Sequence record: OQ032512.1
Length of the DNA stretch: 64,000 nt
DNA from: Acinetobacter phage nACB2
Strand: one strand, 5' to 3'
Part shown: piece by piece, positions 8,463 to 17,759 of the stretch
Layout: each line of letters starts with the position of its first letter
Numbering within the stretch: the stretch's first letter is position 1
Program-made: the position numbers and the translations under genes
The notes under the pieces: model-generated
The model's database searches: none
Told to the model about the DNA's origin: nothing
What the model saw: the letters and a program-made list of their open reading frames with translations, nothing else

Positions 8463-8553
8463 ATACTTGGGTTAATCATAGCCTATTCTTTGTAATATTA
8501 TAAAAATCAAAAAGGAAGCATTACGCTTCCCTTTTGGTTGGTCTTGTATTACT

Positions 8554-9123
8554 TCAAGACAAAAGTATTGCCGTCAGTTCATCTTGTTTCTTCAGAAGTT
8601 TATTCCAAACAAACCCCATTACTGATGCAATGGCAATGGATAAGGCAATGATGGCGTAATGATCAACTGAATAACCTAGATACGTTAGTACAAATACTAC
8701 TACTAGAGCCAAAACCACCGCTACGAAAAAGCCCTTGCGCATGAGCTCAATCTTAGTTTCGTTTTGTTTCAACTCAATCAACGTTCCAAGCATTTCTTTT
8801 GAAACTACAAAACGGCTGAACTCGCGAATGTCGTAAAAGCTCTTTTTAATCCATGTTGCAAACAAATTGATTAAAAGACGATTTTGTTCCTTTCCGAAGT
8901 CAAAAACGCCGTCTTGTAAGGCGCGTATCACAGCACGACTATCAATATCGTCAAAGAACTTAAACACGGCTGAAGCTACTTCTTCAACCGTGGAAATACT
9001 GTTCTTAAACGACGTCTGTAAATCCAAACACAATGAATGAGCATTTACCAAGACAACATCTTCATCTTGTACTGGTTCAACCCAATGGAATTGTTTTGAA
9101 ATTTCAGGAATCGTTAGCATCAT
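8554..9123 (-). CDS. hypothetical protein with a C-terminal membrane anchor
   Basis: C-terminus FFVAVVLALVVVFVLTYLG...AIIALSIAIASVMGFVW indicates 2 transmembrane helices. Confidence 0.45.
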   Translation of the reverse strand: MMLTIPEISKQFHWVEPVQDEDVVLVNAHSLCLDLQTSFKNSISTVEEVASAVFKFFDDIDSRAVIRALQDGVFDFGKEQNRLLINLFATWIKKSFYDIREFSRFVVSKEMLGTLIELKQNETKIELMRKGFFVAVVLALVVVFVLTYLGYSVDHYAIIALSIAIASVMGFVWNKLLKKQDELTAILLS

Positions 9124-9135
9124 GATTCTCTACTC

Positions 9136-10615
9136 CTAGAATAGGGAGTCAAGGCTGAACGATGTCGGAGCCTTTGCCTCCCAATTTATTGCTGTTAAAA
9201 AGTTAGTCAAAGGCGAAATGAAGCACTTATTGAATGCTGTTTCTTTATCAATAAACTGATCAAGTTTGAACTCCTTCGGCAATTGATCATCATATGATAT
9301 TACTTCCATACCGAAAGGCGAACCCTTCCGTAATGGTAACACAAAATATTTATTCCCGCTACGAAGTGGCATGATATGTGTCACTTCCAACCGTTTCAAT
9401 AGATTGTTATGGTTCACTGCGCCTTTAACGTGATAAGGTGTACCCTTTACGTAATTACCGCTACTATCTAGATAGTCTTCAATGTTGTTGATATTTTGAG
9501 CAGCGCCGTACTCATTAATATCTCGATCCTTTTTGAAGTCTGTTTCACAAGCGTCAACAAACTGATGCATCTCAGTCATTCGATCATTCAACGCAAATTC
9601 ATAACACTTCTTCATCCAATCTCGACAGAACATTGGGTAGTTTGATTTACGCGCTTCTAAGCCAACAATCTTCAGCTTAGGAGACGCGAATCGAACGCCT
9701 TCATTATCTGTTAATAGCATAGCGTATCTTTTCTTAGTAGTAAAGATGGCAACTGTAGAAATCGCTTCTCGCTTAAAGAAAAGAGCATTGATTGGGCAGT
9801 TATATGAAGCAGCTAGTTCTTCAGCCCATTGGATGAATAGTGGTTCAAGAACGTCTTTAGCGAGTTCATCAAGTTTGTCAGTTTTAGCTTCAACAGACAA
9901 CTTATCCCAACCTTCGGCTTTCACCACTTCTTTAAATTCAACGTACACAGAGTCTGTATCACCGTAGAAACAGTGATCACCTGATAGACCGTATTTGTTA
10001 TTGATCCATTCGTTCAAGCGGAACATGATATGACGCGTTGAACATTGTCCAGCTGTAGTAATTGCTTCTGCAATACGAATATCAAAGTGGTCAGCAAAGT
10101 TTTCATTCGCAATCGCGCCGTAACCAGCGTTGGCAGCAATTTTATGCGAGTGTTGGTTTGAATCGCCGTTCTGAATGATTGTTTCCCATTCATCCTTCTG
10201 CTTATAGAACCCTGCGTCCTTCTCTAGACATTCATCAAGATATTTTTTCTTGATAGATTCTAAAGAGCGTTCATCATTCTTCATTTGACGTTTAATCGCA
10301 GAACGCGTGTCGTACAAGTCTTTGAATACGCGACGTAACAGAGATGGACGCTCAATCTTGAACATGGCTAAGTTTGGAGCCATACAAACTTTAAGGCGCT
10401 TGAGTACTTGGAAATCATATGGGCGTTCAAAATATACATCCCAAATGCCTTGACGAGCACGGAAGCGTTCAGCGTACAAACGTGTATATTTGTCTTGTTG
10501 GTCTTCAGGTAAAGATTCCAATTCTTTTGCTAGTGCATCTAGAATCTGTTCTGTAATAGCCCAAGGAATCAAGGTCTCAACGCCCATATTGAACTGTTGC
10601 GCCATGTGTGGATAT
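9136..10615 (-). CDS. 43: DNA polymerase (family B, gp43-like), 3' exon or C-terminal segment (palm, fingers, thumb)
   Basis: Contains motif B-like KIAANAGYGA and motif C FYGDTDSVYV. Its N-terminal YPHMAQQFNMGVETL aligns to YPSIIRQVNISPETI of T4/RB69 motif A. The track ORF start at 10785 reads through intron sequence. Confidence 0.85.
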
Positions 10616-11788
10616 CCTTTATGTTCAGATGAGTTCGTGATTCTCATCCCGGAATTGTATCCAGCTTGTATTCGCATACAAGAGCAGACTATATCATCAC
10701 CCACGTTATACGTTTGGTACGCTGTTGTAACTAGCGCAGATGAGCTATACTCACCGTGTCTCCCGTTTCCAATTAAGCCATACATTTAGGCACCACACTT
10801 GGCTGTACTATGTCTTGCGACTGTCTAGTCGTTGAACCTTTCAGAACTTCTTTGATCTTTAGTGTATACAGTTCTACATCTAAACCTTTTAATTTCAATG
10901 GCTTGACGTAGTTAGATGCTAGTGTTCCGTTTTGGTTGAAGATTGTTTTGCCTTTCGCTTGAGCCTTCAGATAGTAAGCAAACAATTGTTCGTCAGACCA
11001 TCCAATGATTTCAAGTTTCTTGCGTTCAAGACTTTCTTTGAATTTTTGCTTTCCATCTTCTGATTGCATCGGGTTAGATTGTTCAAACCCTTTACCATCT
11101 AGATGATGTTTCAATTCGCCAGAAATATATCTTGGATCATTCTTTTCAGTCATAAATGTATTACCGTCTGAGTCTTTAACAACAACTCGTCCAGTCATGT
11201 ATTCTTGACTACGTTTAGTGATGCTTTTAGCAGTTTCTTCATCAGCCCCAAAGAACTTTTTACCGTTCATATCGGGTCTAGAAACACCGCGTTTAGTCTC
11301 ACTAATCTTCAACTTCACATCTTCGCGCTTAGATGGATTGTTCTCACCTGAGTTCATTACGCTAGCATTCAATCTAGCTTCAACGGTATACTCAGCGCCA
11401 TCTCTAGTTGTTGTCATTAAGTGATACGCAAATCCCATACCTCGAGTTTTTGCGCCTAACATCAATAATCTATGCGCTTCGACGTGTTCTAAAATAGATA
11501 AATCTATCAGATTCCACTTAGCATTTCTGTATTCATAAAAATCGCAGACTGGAAGAATATGATGACACTCTGTTACGCCATAACCTTTAGCAGACAAAAT
11601 GAATTCCACGTACTGTTCTAGTACAGCGTGGTCACCATTCTTGTAAGTCTGTTTCAAAGCATCTAGCATTTGTAAAGCGTTCATATAATTCACCATTCTG
11701 ACTTGGCTGCTGATTGTCTCAGTGAGAGTTCCCAGCAATTAAAGAGATTTTCATTGTATTATTACTAATACAAGCCCCTTATCAGTTA
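10616..11788 (-). mobile_element. putative group I self-splicing intron (1173 nt) carrying an HNH homing endonuclease ORF, inserted inside motif A of gene 43
   Basis: The 5' exon ends in U (..gccct) and can pair with GGGGC 10 nt into the intron, forming a P1 with a U-G pair at the splice site. The intron ends in G (..cataaagg). An R-like GGUUCAACGACUAGA (about 10821-10838) and an S-like GAUAUAGUCUG (about 10685-10698) can form P7. A P9-like hairpin CUUGUAU-GCGA-AUACAAG carries a GNRA loop. Joining the exons restores DANALYPHMAQQ in frame. Confidence 0.55.
10773..11696 (-). CDS. HNH homing endonuclease (intron-encoded)
   Basis: The HNH motif is ECHHILPVCDFYEYRNAKWNLIDLSILEHVEAH, and NUMOD-like GENNPSKRED repeats are present. 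The first in-frame ATG is at 11696; the track uses a TTG at 11738. Confidence 0.75.
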   Translation of the reverse strand: MVNYMNALQMLDALKQTYKNGDHAVLEQYVEFILSAKGYGVTECHHILPVCDFYEYRNAKWNLIDLSILEHVEAHRLLMLGAKTRGMGFAYHLMTTTRDGAEYTVEARLNASVMNSGENNPSKREDVKLKISETKRGVSRPDMNGKKFFGADEETAKSITKRSQEYMTGRVVVKDSDGNTFMTEKNDPRYISGELKHHLDGKGFEQSNPMQSEDGKQKFKESLERKKLEIIGWSDEQLFAYYLKAQAKGKTIFNQNGTLASNYVKPLKLKGLDVELYTLKIKEVLKGSTTRQSQDIVQPSVVPKCMA

Positions 11789-13053
11789 AGGGCATTAGCA
11801 TCCACTGAAACCACGTCTTCGTACCGTCCTGGCTTCAAATCTTTAACGTATCCGCCAGCGTAATCAGGCTTAGAATTCACGCGCGCACGAATTTCAGAAT
11901 ATTCTTTGCCGCGTGCTCCATAGCCGTACATCAAGTATTGCCAAGGAAGTACTGTCGCATTTGTGTCGTCTGGATTACAATGGAATAAGAAAGCCAGCGT
12001 ATATGCCAGTTGTAACATCTTAGTCTTTTCGGCAATGCGCTTAACTAAGTTCACGTCATGAATGTTGTATGAGATGTAGTTCTGGAAGTCTTTGTAATAG
12101 AATTCAGTCAGGTTTTTATAATCGCTATGGTCAACCTTTTCTTCACCCAAGAAGTGTTTTGCGGCTGTGTTTAGCTTTTTGTTATCCAATTCTACAAAGG
12201 CGTGTTTGTCAACGATGTCTTTCAAATCGAGGTTGCTGATACCTGCAATGTTGAAAGTCACTTCTTCGCCATAAGGTCCTTGGAAGGTACGCTTGCGCAC
12301 GTAATCTAGTGGAGAAATGCGTTTGAGCTGATCTCGTCCAAGAAGGGCGTCAATACGGTTACAGAAATATGCAATATCAAACGTGTCGCTGTTCCACCCT
12401 GAAATATAGTTGTATTCGGCATCTGCGAAATGATCAACAAAATCTGCAAGTAAGTCTAGCTCAGAGTCATAACCAACATATTCAATTTGTTCTGGCGTGA
12501 TATGTTTAGCTACTTCAGGCGGTAACTTTTCTACATCGAAAGTACCAATATATTCGCCCTTGAACGTCTCAAGACCAAATACAAAGAATTTATTTGTAAA
12601 TGTGTCATAAACCGTGATGGCTGTGACTTCGTATTGAGCTAGAGCAGGCTCAGGGAATGGGCCACTAAAGATAACGCCTTTTGCGTCTTTATAACCAGAC
12701 TCAACCTCAATATCCAGAAGCGCGCCGCGGATATGTTTCATATCAAACGTAATCTGCTTTTCAGGATAACGTTCAGCCACATATTGAGCTAGAGGGTTGT
12801 CAATGCCGTAGATTTTGTAGTTAGGAACGTTCTTCATTTCATCTAACCATTGATCCATGGCATAGATGTTATCAAAAGTCACAGCCTGTAAGGGTAGACC
12901 ACCTAGAGAACGGTGTTCAGATTCTTGATCTTGAGATGGTACAAATAACTTGGGCTTGAAATGAATTTCTGAAGTACCACGTACGCCATTTTCTACGTAG
13001 CGCTCAATGATTTTTTCTTTATGCTTGGTTAGTGAAGTGTAAAAACGAGACAT
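11789..13053 (-). CDS. 43: DNA polymerase (gp43-like), 5' exon or N-terminal segment (N-terminal and 3'-5' exonuclease domains)
   Basis: N-terminus FYTSLTKHKEKIIERYVENG aligns to T4 FYISIETVGNNIVERYIDENG. Exo I motif LLDIEVES is present. It ends ..SVDANAL, followed in the genome by N and a stop codon. Confidence 0.85.
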
Positions 13054-13132
13054 ATATCTCTTCTCCTATGATATCGGGTTAATCATAACCCCAAAAGCTG
13101 TTAAGTATTAATAATCAAATGAGGTCAAACAA

Positions 13133-13642
13133 ATGCAGGATATTATCTATTCCAACGCCCAGTCAAACAATTTCTTGGTTGTAATTGAGATGATGGAGAA
13201 TATTCAATTCAAATTGTATGACATTCAGATGCCTATGTTCAGCGCTTCATCTACAATTGTGCCTACTGACACAGACCGTCAAATAAGGATTCCAGGGTCT
13301 CACATTGAGGTAGACCAACTTCAAATCAACTTCTTTGTAGATGAACTTTGGAAAAACTATATTGATTGTTACAAGTGGATGAAAGATTGTACTGGTAATC
13401 CAGATCCATTTGCTCATTCAAAATCAGTTGCGGTACTGCCGCTAAATAGTAATAAGAAGCCCGTGGGCGTTGCCTTTGTCTTCTCAGACTGTCATGCAGT
13501 CAACCTTGCGCCTTTATCACTAGATGCTGAAGGTGAAACAACAGATGTTGTAATGGGTTTGACACTAGACTTTTCTGATATGACAGTAGAGCAATGGTTC
13601 AACGAGGACGGTACGACGAGAGTCACTTTCTCCAATGGATAA
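13133..13642 (+). CDS. hypothetical protein (divergent from gene 43)
   Basis: 169 aa ORF on the opposite strand to its neighbours. Confidence 0.4.
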   Translation: MQDIIYSNAQSNNFLVVIEMMENIQFKLYDIQMPMFSASSTIVPTDTDRQIRIPGSHIEVDQLQINFFVDELWKNYIDCYKWMKDCTGNPDPFAHSKSVAVLPLNSNKKPVGVAFVFSDCHAVNLAPLSLDAEGETTDVVMGLTLDFSDMTVEQWFNEDGTTRVTFSNG

Positions 13643-13671
13643 TAGGGTGCAGCCCCTATTATCCATCTTTT

Positions 13672-13932
13672 TTACCAAAGGTCATCGCTACAGACCGCCG
13701 ATAATTCAACCTTCAATTGTCCACATTCAAAGGCGTGTGCGGCAGCTTCAGTTCTGTTGTAGTACTTTCCGTACTCATCAACAAAACCTTGATTCAGTCC
13801 CTTGCCCCAGTCGAAAGCCACGCTCTCGTCTAAGTTCAGTCGTTCCATCATTCTTATCGCATCAGAATGTCTTAGTGGGTTGGGAACAGCTATTAATATG
13901 TCCCCGACCTTTACTGCAGCACCTATTATCAT
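13672..13932 (-). CDS. hypothetical protein
   Basis: 86 aa ORF. Confidence 0.35.
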   Translation of the reverse strand: MIIGAAVKVGDILIAVPNPLRHSDAIRMMERLNLDESVAFDWGKGLNQGFVDEYGKYYNRTEAAAHAFECGQLKVELSAVCSDDLW

Positions 13933-13939
13933 TTCAATC

Positions 13940-14719
13940 TCACAATAACATCAAAGGTGGAATATCGTACCAATGAGCAAATTGACGTTGGAAACGAGCC
14001 GACTTGTCCATTAACTCATCTCTCATATTATCAACTTGTTCAATGAATACGTGGGCTTTATTACGCTTCTTATCTTCCTCTGAAGCTAGAATGACGATAT
14101 CATCAATCTTTTCTCCATAACGCTCTTCATGCATTACTGCATATAAAGCGCCTTGAAGGAAGTAGTCGCGCATGTCTTCTCGACCTCGAACATAGTTTTT
14201 GTTCTTGTAGTCAAGAATAGCTCTACGTTTGCGGAATGTACCCATCAAGTCACAACGCCCAGCAACTCGCAACTTGTCTGACCACAATGCATGTTCAACA
14301 TACGACCAGTCATCCAATTCACCTAGAACAACGCGTAGTTGCTCATACATGAAAAAGAATTCGCCTGTTGCAGCTTCAGCGTCGTATGGTATACCCTGTA
14401 CATAATGCTCTAAGGCGTCATGAATAGCGGTACCACGATCTGTAGAACGTTTTGAGATACGATTGGCTTCAGCTTCTCCTACGCGCTTCCGCCACGCAAT
14501 GAGATGAGTTTCGTCTTCAAAAGCCCCCAGAAACGTAGTTGCTGACGGATAGATGCCACCATTAGGCGTTCTATAATAACGTCTTCCATCAAAATGAAAA
14601 GTCTCGCCCCATTTTGACTCCGGCACTAAACTGTCAATGATGCGCTTTGGAAATACCTTATTTCCAGACTTTGGTACACCTTCGGTTGTTATCTTCTTTA
14701 AATCTGCAAATGAAACCAC
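13940..14719 (-). CDS. putative PD-(D/E)XK-family nuclease
   Basis: RCDLMGTF...AILDYKNK resembles the D...(D/E)xK catalytic core of YqaJ/Cas4-like exonucleases. Confidence 0.4.
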   Translation of the reverse strand: MVSFADLKKITTEGVPKSGNKVFPKRIIDSLVPESKWGETFHFDGRRYYRTPNGGIYPSATTFLGAFEDETHLIAWRKRVGEAEANRISKRSTDRGTAIHDALEHYVQGIPYDAEAATGEFFFMYEQLRVVLGELDDWSYVEHALWSDKLRVAGRCDLMGTFRKRRAILDYKNKNYVRGREDMRDYFLQGALYAVMHEERYGEKIDDIVILASEEDKKRNKAHVFIEQVDNMRDELMDKSARFQRQFAHWYDIPPLMLL

Positions 14720-14720
14720 A

Positions 14721-15119
14721 TTACTCCCCTAGTGTAACTATAGTGTCACACTCCTCACTCAGAAAATTCTTGGCACTAAAACAAGTACCACCTACATCTT
14801 CATAGTTGCGCTGAAATTTGGAAACAACGGCTCTCCACCCAACCTTTTCATCATAATAGATGACTACATGCTCACCGTCAAATTTAATGTCTTTGAGGCG
14901 TTCAGCGAGCGGAGTAGAAAAGTTAAAACGCTTCTCTACAAAAGCGCCCATGCCTTTTATCTTTTCCACAAGTAGTGTCTTTTCAGATTCTGAAAGCTCT
15001 TTCAAACCTGTAATCCAGACGCGTGTATATCTGGATTGAGTTATTCTTAGTTTGTCTTTCATAAGGAAAGTCTTCCAATGATAAAGGCTACCGCCAAACA
15101 AACGGCGGTCTGAATCCAA
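14721..15119 (-). CDS. hypothetical protein
   Basis: 132 aa ORF. Confidence 0.4.
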   Translation of the reverse strand: MDSDRRLFGGSLYHWKTFLMKDKLRITQSRYTRVWITGLKELSESEKTLLVEKIKGMGAFVEKRFNFSTPLAERLKDIKFDGEHVVIYYDEKVGWRAVVSKFQRNYEDVGGTCFSAKNFLSEECDTIVTLGE

Positions 15120-15219
15120 GCTGAAATATTAGATGTGCGCCCCAATTGCTTTCTCGACTCAATAATGAGAAGTACTATAATGGTAGCAACCAATAATGTA
15201 ATAGATAAAGCGCCGTTCA

Positions 15220-15693
15220 TTAGCCGTTACCATTCATCATGCGTCTGAAGTCAATAGCGTACTTGATGGTGTACGTGCGTTCAGACATAGCTTTCTTGGA
15301 TTCTTCGAGAAATTTGACAATGCGTTCTTGAATCTGAAGTTCCAATTTAGATAGGATGAACTCTTCATCCACTTTGATGAATTCATCAATTTCTGACTTC
15401 AACGGAGCTACGCGTAATGGACGTTGTTTGTATGTCTCTTCTGAAGCTTTACCACCGTAGTAGCTTTTCAAACGACCTTTCAGCATGTCATGAGAGATGG
15501 TCAGTTTGTCCAACTTCTTGAATTCACGGCTATAAAGGCGTTGTAGCTTAGAGAAGATATTGACATGTTTCAACGCTTCGCCATCAAGTTGTTCAGAGTT
15601 GATTTCCAATAAGGCATCTACCTCATTATGGATCTGTTCAAGCATATCAGTACGTTCTTGAACGCGTTCGGCTGGGGTCAATTGTTGAGACAT
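15220..15693 (-). CDS. hypothetical coiled-coil protein
   Basis: 157 aa ORF. Confidence 0.4.
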   Translation of the reverse strand: MSQQLTPAERVQERTDMLEQIHNEVDALLEINSEQLDGEALKHVNIFSKLQRLYSREFKKLDKLTISHDMLKGRLKSYYGGKASEETYKQRPLRVAPLKSEIDEFIKVDEEFILSKLELQIQERIVKFLEESKKAMSERTYTIKYAIDFRRMMNGNG

Positions 15694-15790
15694 TGGTATT
15701 TTCCTACCTTTGGTCGTTATGATTACGAATATTATACTATTATATATTGTAAAAACGCAATATCAAATAAACAAATAATCATGAACATCA

Positions 15791-15871
15791 TTTTCTAAAA
15801 TCCAATAAAAAGCCCCTGTACTAGACAAGGGCTTTTGTATGTAAAAATCCAACTCCACACGGTAGGCTGGA
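15791..15871. repeat. 81 bp repeat (copy 1) containing a bidirectional GCCC-stem terminator; copy 2 at 52053-52133 differs by 1 nt
   Basis: ttttctaaaatccaataaaaagccc[c/t]tgtactagacaagggcttttgtatgtaaaaatccaactccacacggtaggctgga is present at both loci. Each copy lies immediately 3' of a minus-strand gene stop. Confidence 0.85.
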
Positions 15872-16576
15872 TCAATACTTTTCTGGTTGGTATATTCCGT
15901 CAACTTTAGTGGAGATAGTCCAATTAGAAACTGCGACCAAAGGCGTTGCGATGAATTGATATGAGAAATAATCTCCCATATCTTCAACCTGATGAATAAA
16001 ATCTAATGACACATTAGGTCTTAATTTGTCGATTTCAACATACGGTACGCCATCTTCCATAATACCGTACACTACAGTTCCGTTTAATAGCGTTTTTACG
16101 TTAGTATTTGTACGTAAGAAGGCTGCGTATGTGAAAGCGCCGTGAGTACTTTGCCCCAATAAAGGTTTATCAATATTGACCTCAAATGCCACATGACGCT
16201 CATCTGTTGACGTTCTATTGATGGTACCTTCTACTGGGAAAAAGCTAAACAGTTCATAACCGTCAACGCGTCTAAGATTCTTAACTGGGGTGACTTCAAA
16301 TAAACCGCGCAGACGTTTGTCAGGGTCATTATGAATGCGTACGATGTAACCTTGTTGTAGTATGACACCGCCTAGAGCATCTACACTAGCCAGTTGATAG
16401 TTGTCATAATCTCTAACCTGTTGTACTAATGAACGTTCAGCACCAACCTTTTCTATACCAGCCATGGTTTTGATCTCTCGACCATCTTCGAGCTGAACCT
16501 TTTCATCTGCTGAGCCGTTCACAAATCGATGTAGTTTAAAGATAAGATTCTTCAAACCTGCTACTGATACATCCAT
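15872..16576 (-). CDS. hypothetical protein (234 aa)
   Basis: ORF ending directly at the repeat/terminator. Confidence 0.45.
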   Translation of the reverse strand: MDVSVAGLKNLIFKLHRFVNGSADEKVQLEDGREIKTMAGIEKVGAERSLVQQVRDYDNYQLASVDALGGVILQQGYIVRIHNDPDKRLRGLFEVTPVKNLRRVDGYELFSFFPVEGTINRTSTDERHVAFEVNIDKPLLGQSTHGAFTYAAFLRTNTNVKTLLNGTVVYGIMEDGVPYVEIDKLRPNVSLDFIHQVEDMGDYFSYQFIATPLVAVSNWTISTKVDGIYQPEKY

Positions 16577-16577
16577 A

Positions 16578-17321
16578 TTAGAACTCCGCCAATTTGTGAA
16601 CAGTTGTAGTTGAACCTGAAGCTAGTGTCATCTCTAACTTGGCCACGTCACCTTCCAAATACATGCGCTTCACCTTTATGAGTTCTGAGTTGGAACCCAC
16701 ATATCCAGAAGTTGTCCAATATGTATTACCGTTCTTAACGCACATCAGAACTTCTACGGCGCAGATATCGTTAGCTGTCTCTGAACGCACAAGTAGTTTT
16801 ACAGTTTGAATATTGTAACGGTCAAATTGGTATACAACCTTATCACCGCCAGATACTTCAGATTGTTTAGCTTGAGTAGCTTCTGGTGTCCATTTACACT
16901 GCACCCAATTCTTTTTAACAATATCGTAGTATTCAAGAGACTGAACACCAGACTTGTTTTTCAACAGAGATATTTCACCACCTGAAAGATTTAGCGTTGA
17001 CAAATTAGACTGGCGTTCGATGGCATCTTGATATGTACCAACAAAACCACGTTTCAGGCGGTTGAGAAGTTGTCTATCATCTTCTGTGAAAACGTCAAAT
17101 CCTTCTATAGACTTGAATAACTCAGTCAACCACACTTGATCATCGAACTGTTTAGACCATTTATGAAGTCTGGCCACACTTTCTGCGGAGGCAACCTTTT
17201 GATTACCTCCGCCTTGATAATCGTCTACAATATCGTCATATGATATCTTTTCGCCTACGGAGCTGAGTATCTTTTCAATATCAGATCCGGAGTGACGACT
17301 TTGGAATGTTTTACTCATCAT
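16578..17321 (-). CDS. hypothetical protein (247 aa)
   Basis: ORF. Confidence 0.45.
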   Translation of the reverse strand: MMSKTFQSRHSGSDIEKILSSVGEKISYDDIVDDYQGGGNQKVASAESVARLHKWSKQFDDQVWLTELFKSIEGFDVFTEDDRQLLNRLKRGFVGTYQDAIERQSNLSTLNLSGGEISLLKNKSGVQSLEYYDIVKKNWVQCKWTPEATQAKQSEVSGGDKVVYQFDRYNIQTVKLLVRSETANDICAVEVLMCVKNGNTYWTTSGYVGSNSELIKVKRMYLEGDVAKLEMTLASGSTTTVHKLAEF

Positions 17322-17646
17322 TGTTCTCCCGTTTGTCTTTCAATTGTGTACCATTTGGAATAAAAGACTTTAACCAATCTACTCCACCCCTTTCCAACAA
17401 ACCTAATATTGGGTATGAAAGGAAACCACAAAGCATAAACAAACCATCTCTATAAGTTAGGTCTTCCGGCACAAAAGTACCGAATACATTTCCTACAAAG
17501 AAAGCAATTATTACTGCCGCAACGAAAGACCAAACGTTGAACTTTTCTCTTGTCTTGGTAAGCCGATAGACGTATGCAGAGACACCCCCGAAGATGCCAA
17601 TACCACCAGCGATTAAAGCTTCAAGCAACCGATCTACTAGAAACAC
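17311..17646 (-). CDS. small membrane protein (about 3 transmembrane helices)
   Basis: GGIGIFGGVSAYVY...FVAAVIIAFFVGNVFGTFV...LFMLCGFLSYPILGLL. Confidence 0.45.
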   Translation of the reverse strand: MFLVDRLLEALIAGGIGIFGGVSAYVYRLTKTREKFNVWSFVAAVIIAFFVGNVFGTFVPEDLTYRDGLFMLCGFLSYPILGLLERGGVDWLKSFIPNGTQLKDKRENNDE

Positions 17647-17707
17647 AGGTTATCCCCCATTATTGTAGGGAATCACTTCCCATGTATCTACTTATTCAAG
17701 ACGCATA

Positions 17708-17736
17708 AAAAGAGGGGCTGTTTAGCCCCCTTTTTA
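17708..17736. terminator. GGGGCT-gttt-AGCCCC hairpin plus T-run, downstream of gene 52
   Basis: aaaagaggggctgtttagccccctttttat. Confidence 0.55.
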
Positions 17737-17759
17737 TAGACCACATCTGATATTATTTA

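Noticed and set aside
10616-11788. Intein interpretation of the gene 43 interruption
   Set aside because: An in-frame stop (TGA at 11782) directly follows the N-terminal polymerase segment, the HNH ORF is in a different frame, and there are no intein Cys/Ser...HN terminal signatures.
9136-13053. Simple split-cistron (43A/43B) polymerase, as reported for some T4-related phages
   Set aside because: Not fully excluded. It is disfavoured because the break lies inside motif A with codon-precise restoration on removal of the insert, and because of the U|...G boundaries and P1/P7/P9-like elements.
15763-15987. 74 aa minus-strand ORF spanning the 81 bp repeat/terminator
   Set aside because: It would translate through a strong terminator hairpin and overlaps the 3' end of 15872-16576. 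The repeat is better explained as a non-coding 3' element.
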